DNA of 63,786 bases, the filler included, from Craspedostauros australis (Eukaryota): assembly GCA_030167865.1 (NCBI GenBank). It is 5 parts of 5 records of this genome, joined end to end, with 100 filler letters (N's around TTAATTAATTAA, not from the genome) between each part and the next. Parts side by side here need not be neighbours in the genome. Positions count along the whole stretch, not along the records: positions 1 to 28,536 come from JALAGF010001335.1; 4 more parts are not named here. The stretch is one strand, 5' to 3'. Positions 1 to 12,036 of the stretch are shown here, in pieces. The notes under the pieces are model-generated. The model made no database searches and had not been told where the DNA came from. It saw nothing but the letters and a program-made list of their open reading frames with translations. A program made the translations under genes and the position numbers. Position 1 is the first letter of the stretch. The number at the start of each line of letters is the position of its first letter.

Positions 1-237
1 CTGTACGTCGCCTCCAAATTAGTTGTAGCCTTATCTCAAAACTAAAATAAAAATAACTTCTGAACTAAAGGAGATAGGGGGGGGGTCTTGAGGGTTGTGT
101 AGGGTCCTCACATATAGGGCTATCGATGTGTGAAGTTTAAGAGGCAGCAATTTGGAATCATCGGGGAATATCCATCGATCCTGTTGAACCCGGGTCCTAG
201 AGAGTATGCCAAGCAGACCTTATCTTTCGTTGCGGCT

Positions 238-3200
238 TTAGTTGTCGTTGCTGATGCCGTTGCCACTCGGGTTCCCTTCGAACGATTGCTTGAGGTCTGC
301 GACGATCTGTTCCCCCTTGGCCTCCCATTCGGACCGATTCATCTTGGCATAGTTCAAAAATTCATCGCTCGACACACCGAACACTCCGCAGTCGCTGAGC
401 TTCTTCGCCAACGGGATGATGTAGTTGTCGTAGAACCATAGCTCCCCCTTGTACCACCCCACAGATGGGTCCTTGTCCAACCGCCCAGCCTTGAATGCGC
501 CGTACATCTCGTTGAACAATCGGCGGTTCCACTTCTGGTAGACATGCCAATGCTGCATGGTGTGGCTGACATCGGCAGCCTGGATGATGTGCTCGATGAC
601 GATGGTCGCCTTCAAATCTGCGTGGTCCTTGTCCTTCTTGTTGCCACTTGTGGTATTGTTGCTATTGGTTTGGCTGCATCCCCCGTCGGTACTGCCGCCA
701 GTAGCGTGCTCGCTGTTCTTGTTCGAAAATGCTTTCTCCCATCTCTTGTTTCGGAGCGCCTTGAGCTCCGGGTCGAAGATGTCGGTGGCCATCACGCTGT
801 TGACCAGCAGCTGTCGGAAGTGCTGCTTGGAGTTGTTCTTCTCGAACAGGCACTTGCGCAGGTCCGCGTAGGCTGTGTCCATGAGCAGGTCCCAGGCCAA
901 GTCGATCGAGTTCTGTTCTGCGACCGACTGATCCTTGTAGGCCCGGGCGAGCTCGTCTCGTTCCTTGATCAGTTGAGAGTTTGGCACTCCAGGATGGTCC
1001 ACATCGTGGATCAAGGCGGAAAAGACACAGGCGAAATGGGTGAGCGGATCCGATGTGATGCCGTACGTGTAGTCGTGCATCTTGGCAGCAACGTGATCCA
1101 TGGAGGCACGCTGCACGATGCAGTCGTCTGCCGATACAACGCGCATCAGGATCTTGTTGGCGGACATCGTGACGTGGCTGGCGTGGTCGTAGTTGTGGAA
1201 TGGATTCTCGCGGTACGAGCATGCAATCTTGGTGACGTAGTCACGCAACTGCTCCTCCACCTGTGGCTTCAGCCGGATCGTCTCCGGGTCGATCGGGCGC
1301 GCGGAGGTGGATGAGTCGAATTGCGGCATCTTGATGAACTCGGAGTACTCATCTCGCGGAGCCGTGGAGTTCATCATGAGGTCATCGTCGGATGATGAGG
1401 AGCTCTCAATTCTGCTTCGCTGGACGGTGATGCTCAGGCGAGGGTTCTTTCGATGCTCGCGCAGGGTCTTGTTGTGGGCCACCACACGCTTCAGGAGCTT
1501 GGAGAGCAAGTCGACGTTCCAGTCCAGCAAGCGTTTGAAGTTCGGATTCTGCTGCCGTGGGATGACCTGGCTGGGTGGTCGCGCGACCGGCAGCACCTCG
1601 CTGCCCGAGCCCACGGATTCGGTGGACACGGACACGGCACCGCCCTTGGGGAGGACCCAGAATCTGGAACACGATCATTGGTGGAGTATGATACGTTGAG
1701 TGTCAATTTCAAGTTGTGATTGTTGATTCGTACAATATCAAAGTATGGAGAGTGCGATCAGAAAGACACAATGAGGGTTTCGGCAGGTGGGCAATCAGGT
1801 GAGGTTTGGGTGCAGAGTACTTATTGTTGGACGGCATCAGTCGCATCGGTCTTGCCAGCTCAGGTGATGATCGCACTTACGTTTTGATGTGTCCCTTGCC
1901 CTTGGCATGGATCTGGTCATCCCTTGGTCGCACCCAGTGTCCTCTCTTGTGCCTGACGGTCAGCAAATTCGCCGTCTCCTCGGAACATTGGATGTGATTC
2001 GGACGTCCCGTGCTCTCCATTCTGCTCGCAGTGTTGACGGTGTCGCCGAACAGCTGGAAGCGAGACTTCTGCCCTCTCAGGACGCCGGCCGTGACCGGTC
2101 CGGAATGAAGGCCGATCCTCATGGACAGCTCCGTCGTGTCTGGTCCGAGCTCCACCTCCAGATTGCGCGTGATATCCGCCATCTTGTGGATGGCCGCATG
2201 GGCGAACTTGGCCATGAGCAGGGCGTGGTCCGGCTGCGCGTCAGGCAGACCAGTGACGGCCATGTAACAGTCACCGATCGTCTCAACCTTGAAGACTCTG
2301 CGGCGATCCGCCAGCGTGTCGAAGGCACCGTAGATGGACTCGAGGAGCGTGAACACTTGCGACGGTTCTCGAGTCGAAGACCAAGCCGTGAAGCCGCAAA
2401 TGTCGGCGAACAGGACCGTCGTGTTTGGGAACAGGTCCGCAATTGGCTTGGTCTTCTCCTCGGTGGAATCGCTGTGATCGGTTTCGCCCCGCGACATCAG
2501 ACTGCGCCTTCTGCCTGGCGTGGCGTGCAGACCCTTGTCACGTGCACCGCTCGGGGGCTCCGACTCGCTGTGGATGCTGTCCTTGTTCATGAAGCTCTTG
2601 AGCTTGGCCTTCTGACTGACCAGCGGACCCAAAGGCGCGCCGTGGCTCTCGCTGCCGCTCGGACGTCGGCGGCTACCCTTCGCGGCGCGGAATGGGCCGC
2701 GACGGCGGGACGATGCATCGAGTCTGCCGCCATCATTGTCGCTGCTGGAGTTGAGTCTGCGGAATGGCATGAAGCGCCGTTTGCGGCGTCGTTCCACGCT
2801 TCCGGTGTTGGAACCGATGGTTTCCTCTTCCGCGAACAGACGTTTGCGCACGTTCTTTGGGAAGAGGGACGAGACGATCGCATGGCTTCTCACGGCTGTC
2901 TTCATGACGACCTTCTGTCGGCGTTCCACGAACCAATCGTATCCGACGAACACCAAGGAGGTGAAGACAAAGACGGCAACGACCAGGCCGGTGTATAGGA
3001 TGGGGTTGGTCGTCTCGTACCGCTTCCTCATCTTTGCCGATGGGTAGATGCTGAGGGTGTACGGGCAGTACTGATCGTTGTAACCGACGTTCGCGAATCC
3101 CACAGCGGCCGTCTTGGCGAAGTTGGTGAGCTCGAAGCTCTCCCTCATGTCATCGAAGGCCGATTCGTGATGGTCGCCGGACTGCTTGAACAGGATATCG

Positions 3201-5023
3201 CCATTCTCGACGTTGAATGTGAAGCTCTGGTCGCACGCGTTCTCCAGCACGACCTTCATGTCGTTGGCGGTCTCCGGCAGTTCTCCGACCTGCATGTAGG
3301 CATCCCAGTAGAGGTTGGCGACCATGGCGCCCACGACCTTGCGGTCGGTCTTGTCGTAAGGATTGACGTCGATGAGCGGGAAGTGGATCGCAGACACTGG
3401 AGCGTCGGCGGAGTTGCGTCCAGTCTCCGTGTCCAAGGCGTCGGCCAGGAACAGCGCTTTGGAGACGATGAGCTCTTGCGTTTGCATGGCGATGCCAAGC
3501 TCGTTGCCCCAGTTCAGATCCCACGCGAGGTTGTAGTTAACGAAACCATCGATGGCGGCGTGCTGCCAGACGGGCAGGTAGGGACCCGTCTGAGGAGGCT
3601 GGTACACGGGACCGTACATGTCGATCGTGAAGAGCTGATCGGCGATGCCGTTGGCCGTGTTGACACGCAGCGGCGGTGCTGCCTGTGGCTCTCCGTCATG
3701 CTGCAGCGATCGTGATGAAGGGACCGCAGAGGAGCTCCAAGCGTGCTTCCTCTCTTGCTTGCTTGCCTTCGTTGCCGCACCTCCTTCGGCGGTGTCACGC
3801 GTTCGAAGTCCGCGGCGGCTCTGGTCGGATGACGATGAAGTGGCCGTGTCGAAGACATCGTCGTCGTCGTCACGCAAGTGGAAGTTACCGAACCTCCATT
3901 CATCCTGGTTCGTCTCCCGCTCGTACTGGACGCCGTCGGCGAGCCATTGCGTGTTGTGGATGGTGTAGTTCTCCCACTTCAGGCGGTTCTCGTCGGTGAC
4001 GTACATGACCATCGACAGGGTGGTGAAGCGCCCCAGCTGGCGTGCCGTCGCCGCCCGGATCTCGAAGTGAGGGATGGTGACGAAGGGCCATTCCGATCCC
4101 ATCGCATCGGCAGTCGAGAGCACGTTGACGGCCATGCCGTCGATGGCGGAGATCCCCTCTCTCCAGTGCGTCTGGAAGGCGTCGACGATGGTCGCGGAAT
4201 GGTCCGCGAATCGCAGCTCGAACTCGTCGATCTCGTTCTGGCGTGTCGTCACGAACATGCCGTACGACACGGAGACCGTGGAGCCCACGAGAACGAAGAA
4301 GACGATGATGCGGAGCCAGTAGACGTGCTTGTTCTCGCTCTTCGCAAAGGTCTCCTCGCGGTGGGATGATCCCGAGGAGTCCAAGGTGGCCGAAGAGGAA
4401 GCCCCGTTCTTGGCCCGCCGGCGCTTGCCTCCGTGGATCGATCCACCTTTGGTGACGTCGGTGAGCATGGAGTAGATGGATTGATCATCGTCTCCGAAGC
4501 GGTCGCTATCATCGATGTTGATTGCGTTGCCCAGGCTCTCCTTGATGCTGGTCTTCATGGCGAGTATGTCGAGGGATCCCGAGGCCTCGTACTCACGGTC
4601 TTTTGCGGCTACGGGCTTGCGCTGATGTTCTGTGGACCTGGTCGAATCCGTCGATGCCTCATCGGCCGATGATACAACGATTGTCTCTGTCGTCATGCCA
4701 GTGAAGTCTATGGAGAGGCTGGAGCGGCGTCTGGTGAGCTGCCTCGGTTGCCGTCTGCGGTGCGTCGATGTTGACATTGGCACCTGTTGCTGCTGGTGTG
4801 GCTGCTGCTGTGGCTGTTCTTGTGATGGCGTCTCGCTCAGATCTTCCATCCAGTCCACGTCGGTTGGCGTGTTGTCGTTGAATCCAGGGTGATCACCTGC
4901 ACTGCTCTGCTGCTGATCGGGCTGATACTGCTCAACACCTCGCGCATGCAGAGAGACCTCGTTCTCTCCCAGAGAAGAGACCGATGAGTGGGACGAGGAA
5001 CTGAAGTCGTCCAACGAAGTCAT
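238..5023 (-). CDS. Membrane-bound class III nucleotidyl (guanylyl-like) cyclase fused to a cyclic-nucleotide phosphodiesterase; 2 exons (5023-1881, 1663-238), 1522 aa
   Basis: Intron 1880-1664 (GTAAGT...TTCCAG) joins two ORFs in frame, giving GKGHIKT|FWVL, the cyclase GKGxxxTYWL motif. Cyclase motifs: FADICGFT, KVETIGDCYM, RIGLHSGPVTAGV, FGDTVNTASRMES. PDE motifs: FHNYDHASHV, IHDVDHPG, EQNS, QAADVSH. Two TM helices flank an ectodomain. Start taken as the first ATG. Confidence 0.93.
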
Positions 5024-7675
5024 GGTTGCGTGCTCTTGTCTCCGCTGTTGGTTGACGATGTAGCTGCGGTTGCGGTGGCTGTTCCTACTATGATTGCAAT
5101 TCTGATTGTGTCTGTGGCTGCGATCGATGCCGGTGATTGTGTGTACGATTGTTGATGCCTGTTGGTAGCGGCGATGGCGGCTTTGGTGTTGCTCGGTGTT
5201 CGTGCACAAACAGCGTGAATGTGCAGAACGAGGTGGACCGAAAGTGGTTTATGAAGAGATGACTGTATTCCTCCTTTTCGTGTTCACCACCGTGCCGGAA
5301 AGCTCTTCGTTCCGCTTTCTGCGCGTGGTTGTGCTGTGGTTCCTTTTCCTGTGTGGCGTTTGGTGCTGATGGTGGGAGTGGCACTGTGCATTTGCACCTA
5401 CAATCGATGTGGATTGTGTGCTGAATGGCGATGTTGGCAAATTGTGACGCACGCGTGCCAAACCACGGTACAGGTTCGCGGAAACGGGTTTCTTCGGGCT
5501 GTCGCTGATGATTCCCCGACTAGTTTGTGTGCGTGTATTTCCGGTTTTGAAGTGCTTTTGTGACACTCCCGCTCCCTTCGGAAATGCCAATTCCTTGGGT
5601 GCGACAGCGCATGTACGAAACCGGAGGAGCTCTGAGGGAGTTGTTGAGTCGCGAGAAATTGAAATCAACGGGAAATGAACGCTCATTCAGTCATAACGAA
5701 GACTGAAGGGTAATAAATGGCGGCCGATTCGGAAATACTGAGGCCGACACTGGTGCGCCCTAATTAACGAAAGGTTGAGTACTCGAAAATGACGTGACTG
5801 ATGAATACCAAGAACAAGCCCAATGGTAGCCCTCGTGACTGCCCTTATCACGCGCAATCTCACTATTTCCGCCCGTACTATGACCTAAGAGTCAACAGTT
5901 CTCGCCGGAGCGAAGAACAAGATTGTCATCGCGAAAAGTCACAACCATCACCAGGGAACCATGGGACATTCAGAGCAAATGTCAACACGAGTATGGCCAC
6001 CACTCCGTGAACCACACAATTGCGAGTGTTGCTTGCAGACGAGCCATCTCCTCTCATCCTCTGACCTTTCGACATTTTTATCACAAGGCGCCACAACCTC
6101 CCAAGGCATCTCATGCAATGTTTGCCTCACTCACGCGAGATAATTTCTGCTTCACACTCCAACAAGCACAATTGGACATTTCGCAAATCGGGATTCTTGG
6201 TGTCTCTTCGTAACTCGGGAGGCGCAAACGTACATAGACTCCACAAGCCACACGCGGTTTGTGTCCAACCCTCCTTGGATCAACCTTTGTCCCACATTCT
6301 TTTCCCCGAAGGAATTCACCAACTGGGGCTCCTACCGGCCATGGCGCACCGAACTTATCACGCTTTTCCAATCGTCTCCAGAAAAAGGAGAATGGGACGC
6401 GTCGGATCATGGAGTAGAGCACCGACAGGTTGCTATGTATCCTTGGCACGATCGAGGAGGCAAACGAGCCAAGGAAGGGACGAGGAAAGCGGACGAGCCT
6501 CGTGTTCTGTGAAGGCATCAACACGGCTGCATCGCACCTCATGACCAAGTGCCATCACGTACGCTTGGATCAGCAGTCAGCCATTCTACGAAGAAGGCTT
6601 CACAGTTGTTTGCAGCCTGGGTAGGACGGTTTCAGAACAAGAGGACGCGATGAAGCGCACCCGCGCGACCACGGATCCATGTTGTGTTTGCATCCGCCGA
6701 AATGCCTTGTCACCACCTCCACGAGTACGATGACCGCTCCATGTGCGCAGAGAGAGACCCATCATACGCTGCGATTGCAATACGACCCTTCACGGTAACG
6801 AGTTGTTCCACCGAGATCCTTCCCACTGGGTGTCAATGCAAAGCGCATAGGTGGCGAGCCTTTCTATTTGGGCACCCACTGGGACGATCACGTGTGCCCT
6901 CTCGAGCTTGCGCGGGTATCCACTGCACGCTATGAACAAGAGATGACAACCAACCCCGTATCTGGCGCCACTGGGATCTTTTCGCAAACAAGGGATGGGA
7001 TCTGGAGTCGTCTCGGGGGACCCTGATGTTTGGTACCGGGGCCTGCACATGCACCGACGGTCCAAGGCTCACCCATCCCTCGAACTCGCAGTCTTTTTGT
7101 CTTCGATGGGAACGGGCTGGCGAAGGAACACGAGAGAAGGACGCCACACATCACGATGTGGACGCTCCCTGGATTCAAGACGAAGGAAAGAGGATACGCT
7201 TATCTTTGTGGCGTCGCGCCTGATGCCGCGGAAAGTTCGGTGCTCGCAAGTGGCATGATAGATACCGCCGGCCCGAAAGATGAACATGGGAGGTGGATTT
7301 TGTGATCCCGAAGCAAAGAGAATTAATCGAGATGACCGTGTGAGAAGGAATGAGTCGTGCATAAAATACAATGACAGTTTTAATCGGCTGATTCAAACAC
7401 AGATAGTGAATCACACCGAAGTCAGTCCCGGGTAATACAAACAAAAACCACAAAATTGGAATCCAACACAGGACACCGCGTGACAATGGCGGCCGCTGCC
7501 GTCGCCGTGGATCTTTGTTGCCGGCCATCAAAGTATAATACATACGATCATGGTGGAGAGCATCGCGAGTAGACTTCTGAGCCAGGGCCCACTTGTAATC
7601 TGGAGAGAGTACTGTACGCACCATTGGCCCTCCTAGTCAACGCAATCGCAATCACAAGAAGAGGAAACATCCAAG

Positions 7676-9250
7676 ATGGCAGGCACGAGAGTTTGGGTGC
7701 AGGGCGTTGTGCTGGCGGAGCTGCTGCTGCTGACGGCGATCGCGTTGTACGCAGGCTTTTGCGACGGCACATTCGATGATGCGCTGTGCCGAAGAGTGCG
7801 AGGCATATTCCATCCACCAGAGCAGCTCGTGCATCCATTGGAGGTTTGCGAGGCTGCGCGTTCGGATGCTGATGGCAACAGTACGGTTTCCTTTCCCGGC
7901 GATGGCTCCGTGCTTCGCCTGATCGGTGTCTCAGCCAAGGAGGCAGATGGTTGGAATGACGCCTTGCGATCCATGCCTGCGTTGGTATCGCAAGGAATGC
8001 TTTATTTGAAATCGTTCGATGACGATCAGATGGAGACGCTCTGCAATCATGAGGATGCATCACAAGCCCTTCAGGATGATGCGAAAGAGGATACGCCGCT
8101 TCTGTTCATCTGTCCGTCAGCATCCGCAGCGGCAGCAGGAGATACCAGCAATGACGACAACGACGACAATGCTGAGCATACTCGTTTCGTCGTTGTCCAG
8201 GATGGAACAACATACATCCATGTGGGGGTTGGAGTGGCCAAGAGTTCGTTGCTGCGAGAAATCTTCGATTCTGTTTCGACTGGCGACTCTTCGTCATCAG
8301 TTGTTGGCGACACCCATTCATTCCGACTGCATGTTCAGATCTTCGTGGAACCAGATCGTCAACGGTCAATCCAAACGAACATGGGCAACAATGACGATGC
8401 TAATTATAGCAAGATGGCGCAAAACCGACGAATGATCCCTCGGTCGTTGCAGCACACGCTGGATGAGGTTCAGAAGTATCTCTCCACCCTGACTGACGAT
8501 CACGGTCCTCATATCATTGACACGGCTACACCGACGACCGATTGGACGATGTTGCCAACATCCCCATCACTGTCGTGGAAACGTGAAATGCTCGAGGCGC
8601 AAGCACAACAAGCAGCTGCGAATGAGGAAGACAGCTCAAATGATGAAGATGCGCACGCCATCCCACCACCTTCGATCTCATCGAACCGCATTCTCTCGAT
8701 GCTTCAATCCCAGCTGACACCCTACATGACATCCAACAACCGCACGACACTCAACTTGATGTTCTACATCCCGGCCGATTCCGACCTGCCGCTGCACGAC
8801 ACGGTCTGGAGATTGGATGAGATCGGCACCATCGTCGCGTTGGTGTCGCAAGCCGACATCACGGATACCATCGTGCGGTGCATCCTGCACATCGTGCTGC
8901 GAGAATTGACGACCATGGTGCAGCATTGGGAATTGCAACGGCTGCCTCATTTTTGGTTGCGGCAGCACAAGCACGCGGCACGTTGTCGCGATATTTGGGA
9001 CACGTACCGTATCGTGCTGCAGTCGGGTGAGGCACGGCATCACAAACAGTACAACGACGCCGTGCGCGATGCAAGATTGCCTCTGCCGCAAGTTCCAATG
9101 CATACGACGTTCTTGATCGAGCATTACTTTGCGTTGTTCGCGCCGTTGTTGTTTCCGTTGCTGTTGCCTTTCTTGGTGCAGTTGGTGCGGGAATACAAGC
9201 GGTACAAGCAGAAGAAGCAGCAGAAGACTGACAAAACTAAGACTGAATAG
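7676..9250 (+). CDS. PIGS: Putative GPI transamidase subunit PIG-S (divergent)
   Basis: 524-aa ORF with an N-terminal TM and a WELQRL motif. The C-terminal FLIEHYFALFAPLLFPLLLPFLVQLVREYKRYK resembles the PIG-S FPxEHxxAxxxPLxxP TM signature, followed by a Lys-rich tail. Confidence 0.65.
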   Translation: MAGTRVWVQGVVLAELLLLTAIALYAGFCDGTFDDALCRRVRGIFHPPEQLVHPLEVCEAARSDADGNSTVSFPGDGSVLRLIGVSAKEADGWNDALRSMPALVSQGMLYLKSFDDDQMETLCNHEDASQALQDDAKEDTPLLFICPSASAAAAGDTSNDDNDDNAEHTRFVVVQDGTTYIHVGVGVAKSSLLREIFDSVSTGDSSSSVVGDTHSFRLHVQIFVEPDRQRSIQTNMGNNDDANYSKMAQNRRMIPRSLQHTLDEVQKYLSTLTDDHGPHIIDTATPTTDWTMLPTSPSLSWKREMLEAQAQQAAANEEDSSNDEDAHAIPPPSISSNRILSMLQSQLTPYMTSNNRTTLNLMFYIPADSDLPLHDTVWRLDEIGTIVALVSQADITDTIVRCILHIVLRELTTMVQHWELQRLPHFWLRQHKHAARCRDIWDTYRIVLQSGEARHHKQYNDAVRDARLPLPQVPMHTTFLIEHYFALFAPLLFPLLLPFLVQLVREYKRYKQKKQQKTDKTKTE

Positions 9251-9368
9251 AATATTTGGAATGCATTGCACTGAGTTTCATATTGCATTGCATTGTTTTG
9301 AAATGAAATGAAGTCCCTATTGTTGTTGGTGTTGTTGTATTGCATACCACCCACACTCGCTATCCACC

Positions 9369-11258
9369 TTACTCGCTGCGTTCGCGGCGTTTCTGCAAAA
9401 TGCGATCCAACGTATGACCGCATAGCACAACGGGCAAGGCCGGTGCCGGCGTGCAGGGATGCGAGACGCTGGGCGCAATGGAGATGGTGCGGATACACGC
9501 CACATGCGCCTTGTGCGTGCATTCTGGATTGCCGCACTCGCAGCATCGGAACGGCATGCCGTCGCGATCCGACTGAAAGCAGATGGAGCATCGGATATCG
9601 CATTTCTTTGGACCCGATGATGACGGCAACGGCGGAATGACGGGCTTACGCGGCGGCGTGATCATACCGCATTGTCCCTGAATCTGCCGATGCAACGCCG
9701 CATTCGTCTGTTGCAACGTGTCCACCTGATCTTGCAACTGGGCATTGTTGCGCTGCGTCTGTTCGACGACACGCGAGGCCTGCACAAGTTGCGCTTGCAC
9801 CGTTTCCAACTGTTCGACGCGCTCCAGATGCGCCGCACGTTCTTCATGATACGATCGCTGCCACCGATCGCTATCGGCCTGCGCCTGCTGCAGCTGCGCA
9901 TCCAACCGCCGATTCGTGGCTTGCAACTGCGCCGTCTCGTCTTGCAATCTGACATTTTGCTGGGCCAACTGCTCGCGCTGTTGCTGCGACCGCTCCAACG
10001 CGGCTTGCATGCGCACGACACGCTGTTCGACGACGCGCGCGTTGCAGGTGATCTCCTGATGTTCTTCATACAAGACCTGCGATGCGCGTTTCGTCTCATC
10101 GACAACGAGCTGCAAGGCTTCGAGTTGCGTCGAGTACGTGAGCGTGTGGACTTCGGCCTCATCGCGCGCGCGGTGGGCCAAACGCAACGCGTGTGTGGCG
10201 TTGGCCAATTTGGCCTTCGTGACGGCGGCCGTGGATTTCAGTTCGGCATGCGCCACTTGGGCGGCCTGCGTCTTGGATGCGGCGATGTGCAGCTCCTGTT
10301 GCAGGCGCGCGATTTGGGTCGTCTTGCGATGGTTATCTGTGGACTGATTCTGTGGTACGACGCCCACGCGCTGCGCCGTGGATTCGAGGAGGTTCTTGAA
10401 GCGGGCGCCCTGGCGGTAGACATCGTGCCAGGATGCCTTGCGGGCTGCCAACGTGCGGCGGCGCTTGACGCGATCGGGTTTGTTGTTGTCCGAGGCACCG
10501 CTGATGAGGCTGGTGTAGCTGTTGTGGCTGTTGTGGCTGGCCGCCGAGGCTGTGCTGTGGGTTGCGGAGGCGTTGTCGCTGACGTTCAGCTCAGTCGTTG
10601 CAGTGCGACTGCGATTCATCGATTGCGAATGCTGATTGCGTTGCACTGACACTGTGGTGAGCGGCACAGAGACCATGGAGGGTGCCATGGAGTGGCAGTC
10701 CATCTCTCCCGTGGTGGTTCGCTCAGTTGCGGATGATTTGGTGCGACTGAGCTTTGTGGGATGATGATGATTGTGATGATGCTTGCTGTTGATCTGAGTC
10801 ATCTCCTTGCTGGTGGCCGTGAAGGTGAAGGGTGACAGATGCGGCGCAGCAGAGCCAGGCGTGCAAGACCCCAGCAGCACATTCGACAGCGAAGCCAAGG
10901 GAGTTCTTGCTCCTTGCTTGTCCATCGCCATCGTCATGGACTTCTTCATGGACTTCTTGCTGCGACTCTGATTCTCTGCGCAGTCATAGTCATCATAGTC
11001 GCAATCATAGTCACAATCATCATCATCATCGCTCGATGATCCATCATCATCATCATCGGCTTCATCAAACAGAGACAGCGACCGACCGATGCCACCGCTG
11101 GATCCATGATCATGATCATCTTCATCGGAAGACGATTCATCAGGATCGTGCAGATCGCTCATGGCATCAAAGTTGTGCGATCGTCGGTGATTGTTGCTAT
11201 ACCGCCTTGCTTCTCGTTTCGTGTTGGCAATAGTGGCAGCGCGGTTCTCTGTCGACAT
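9369..11258 (-). CDS. Coiled-coil protein with C-terminal RING/PHD-like zinc finger
   Basis: Long ORF with an acidic N-terminus, about 220 aa of Gln/Ala/Leu-rich heptads, then CSIC...CECGNPECTHKAHVAC. Start uncertain (an in-frame ATG also lies at 11312-11310 region upstream; the ORF is open to 11387). Confidence 0.75.
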   Translation of the reverse strand: MSTENRAATIANTKREARRYSNNHRRSHNFDAMSDLHDPDESSSDEDDHDHGSSGGIGRSLSLFDEADDDDDGSSSDDDDDCDYDCDYDDYDCAENQSRSKKSMKKSMTMAMDKQGARTPLASLSNVLLGSCTPGSAAPHLSPFTFTATSKEMTQINSKHHHNHHHPTKLSRTKSSATERTTTGEMDCHSMAPSMVSVPLTTVSVQRNQHSQSMNRSRTATTELNVSDNASATHSTASAASHNSHNSYTSLISGASDNNKPDRVKRRRTLAARKASWHDVYRQGARFKNLLESTAQRVGVVPQNQSTDNHRKTTQIARLQQELHIAASKTQAAQVAHAELKSTAAVTKAKLANATHALRLAHRARDEAEVHTLTYSTQLEALQLVVDETKRASQVLYEEHQEITCNARVVEQRVVRMQAALERSQQQREQLAQQNVRLQDETAQLQATNRRLDAQLQQAQADSDRWQRSYHEERAAHLERVEQLETVQAQLVQASRVVEQTQRNNAQLQDQVDTLQQTNAALHRQIQGQCGMITPPRKPVIPPLPSSSGPKKCDIRCSICFQSDRDGMPFRCCECGNPECTHKAHVACIRTISIAPSVSHPCTPAPALPVVLCGHTLDRILQKRRERSE

Positions 11259-12036
11259 CGTTCGTTGGCGCAGAAATTGCAGATGCGTGAGGCCCGGATT
11301 GGAATTCATTCTTGCCACAGCTCCCGTTCTGCACCAACGCTGCAACTGTGACTGTCCGCTTTCTTGGTCACAATGAGATTGTGTCACGTTTGTCTCCAGA
11401 TGAATCTACGGATACGCCAGCTGCTCCTCTCGTCAATGGGGTGTTGCTGATGCTGATGTTGCCCCTTCTTCTACTTCTCTTGCCTGTCGACCTGTGCTTG
11501 TATCATACATACATACGAGTGCACGTATACCACACCAACTTGCAAGTTACAACTCTAATTTGCAACTCGGAATGATCGATCGTCTCGTTTGTTGTTCTTG
11601 GTGGAGTATGTATCTTCAATGGCGCAGAGGACAAGGCATTCAATACGGCCAAAATAAGAGTATTCTTGCTCTCCCCACTTTTCTTGCTTTCTCGATGTTC
11701 GCTCGCGTGACCACTCTTTTCGTTCGCCATCTCGCGGATGAGCGATCGCAACCTCGGTTGGCTCCGTCAACGGTTTCCGGAATGTCGCACAAAGATGGCT
11801 CGCGCGATAACACACATACAAACTGGATTACTCGCAGTAGTCCAGTATTGACTCATTCGAATAATCGTTGGTATCTTGCGTGCGACGTCGACAAACATTC
11901 GTCACACGAAACGGCGACGACGCAGCACGAACAACTGTGAAACGCATTCTTACATCTTCGTCGTTGTTCCCACAACAGCTCTTCGCATCTGCGTTAACTC
12001 CAATCACACAAATCCCACAACAACAACAACGACAAC

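Noticed and set aside
1889..2998. Long antisense ORFs (also 23640-24761, 25790-26971, 33250-34485, 36905-38212, 47432-48688)
   Set aside because: Shadows of codon-biased genes on the opposite strand; no motifs of their own.
5210..7675. 2.4-kb intergenic stretch with many short ORFs
   Set aside because: No codon bias, motif, RNA fold or repeat that I can support; likely divergent promoter and UTR sequence.
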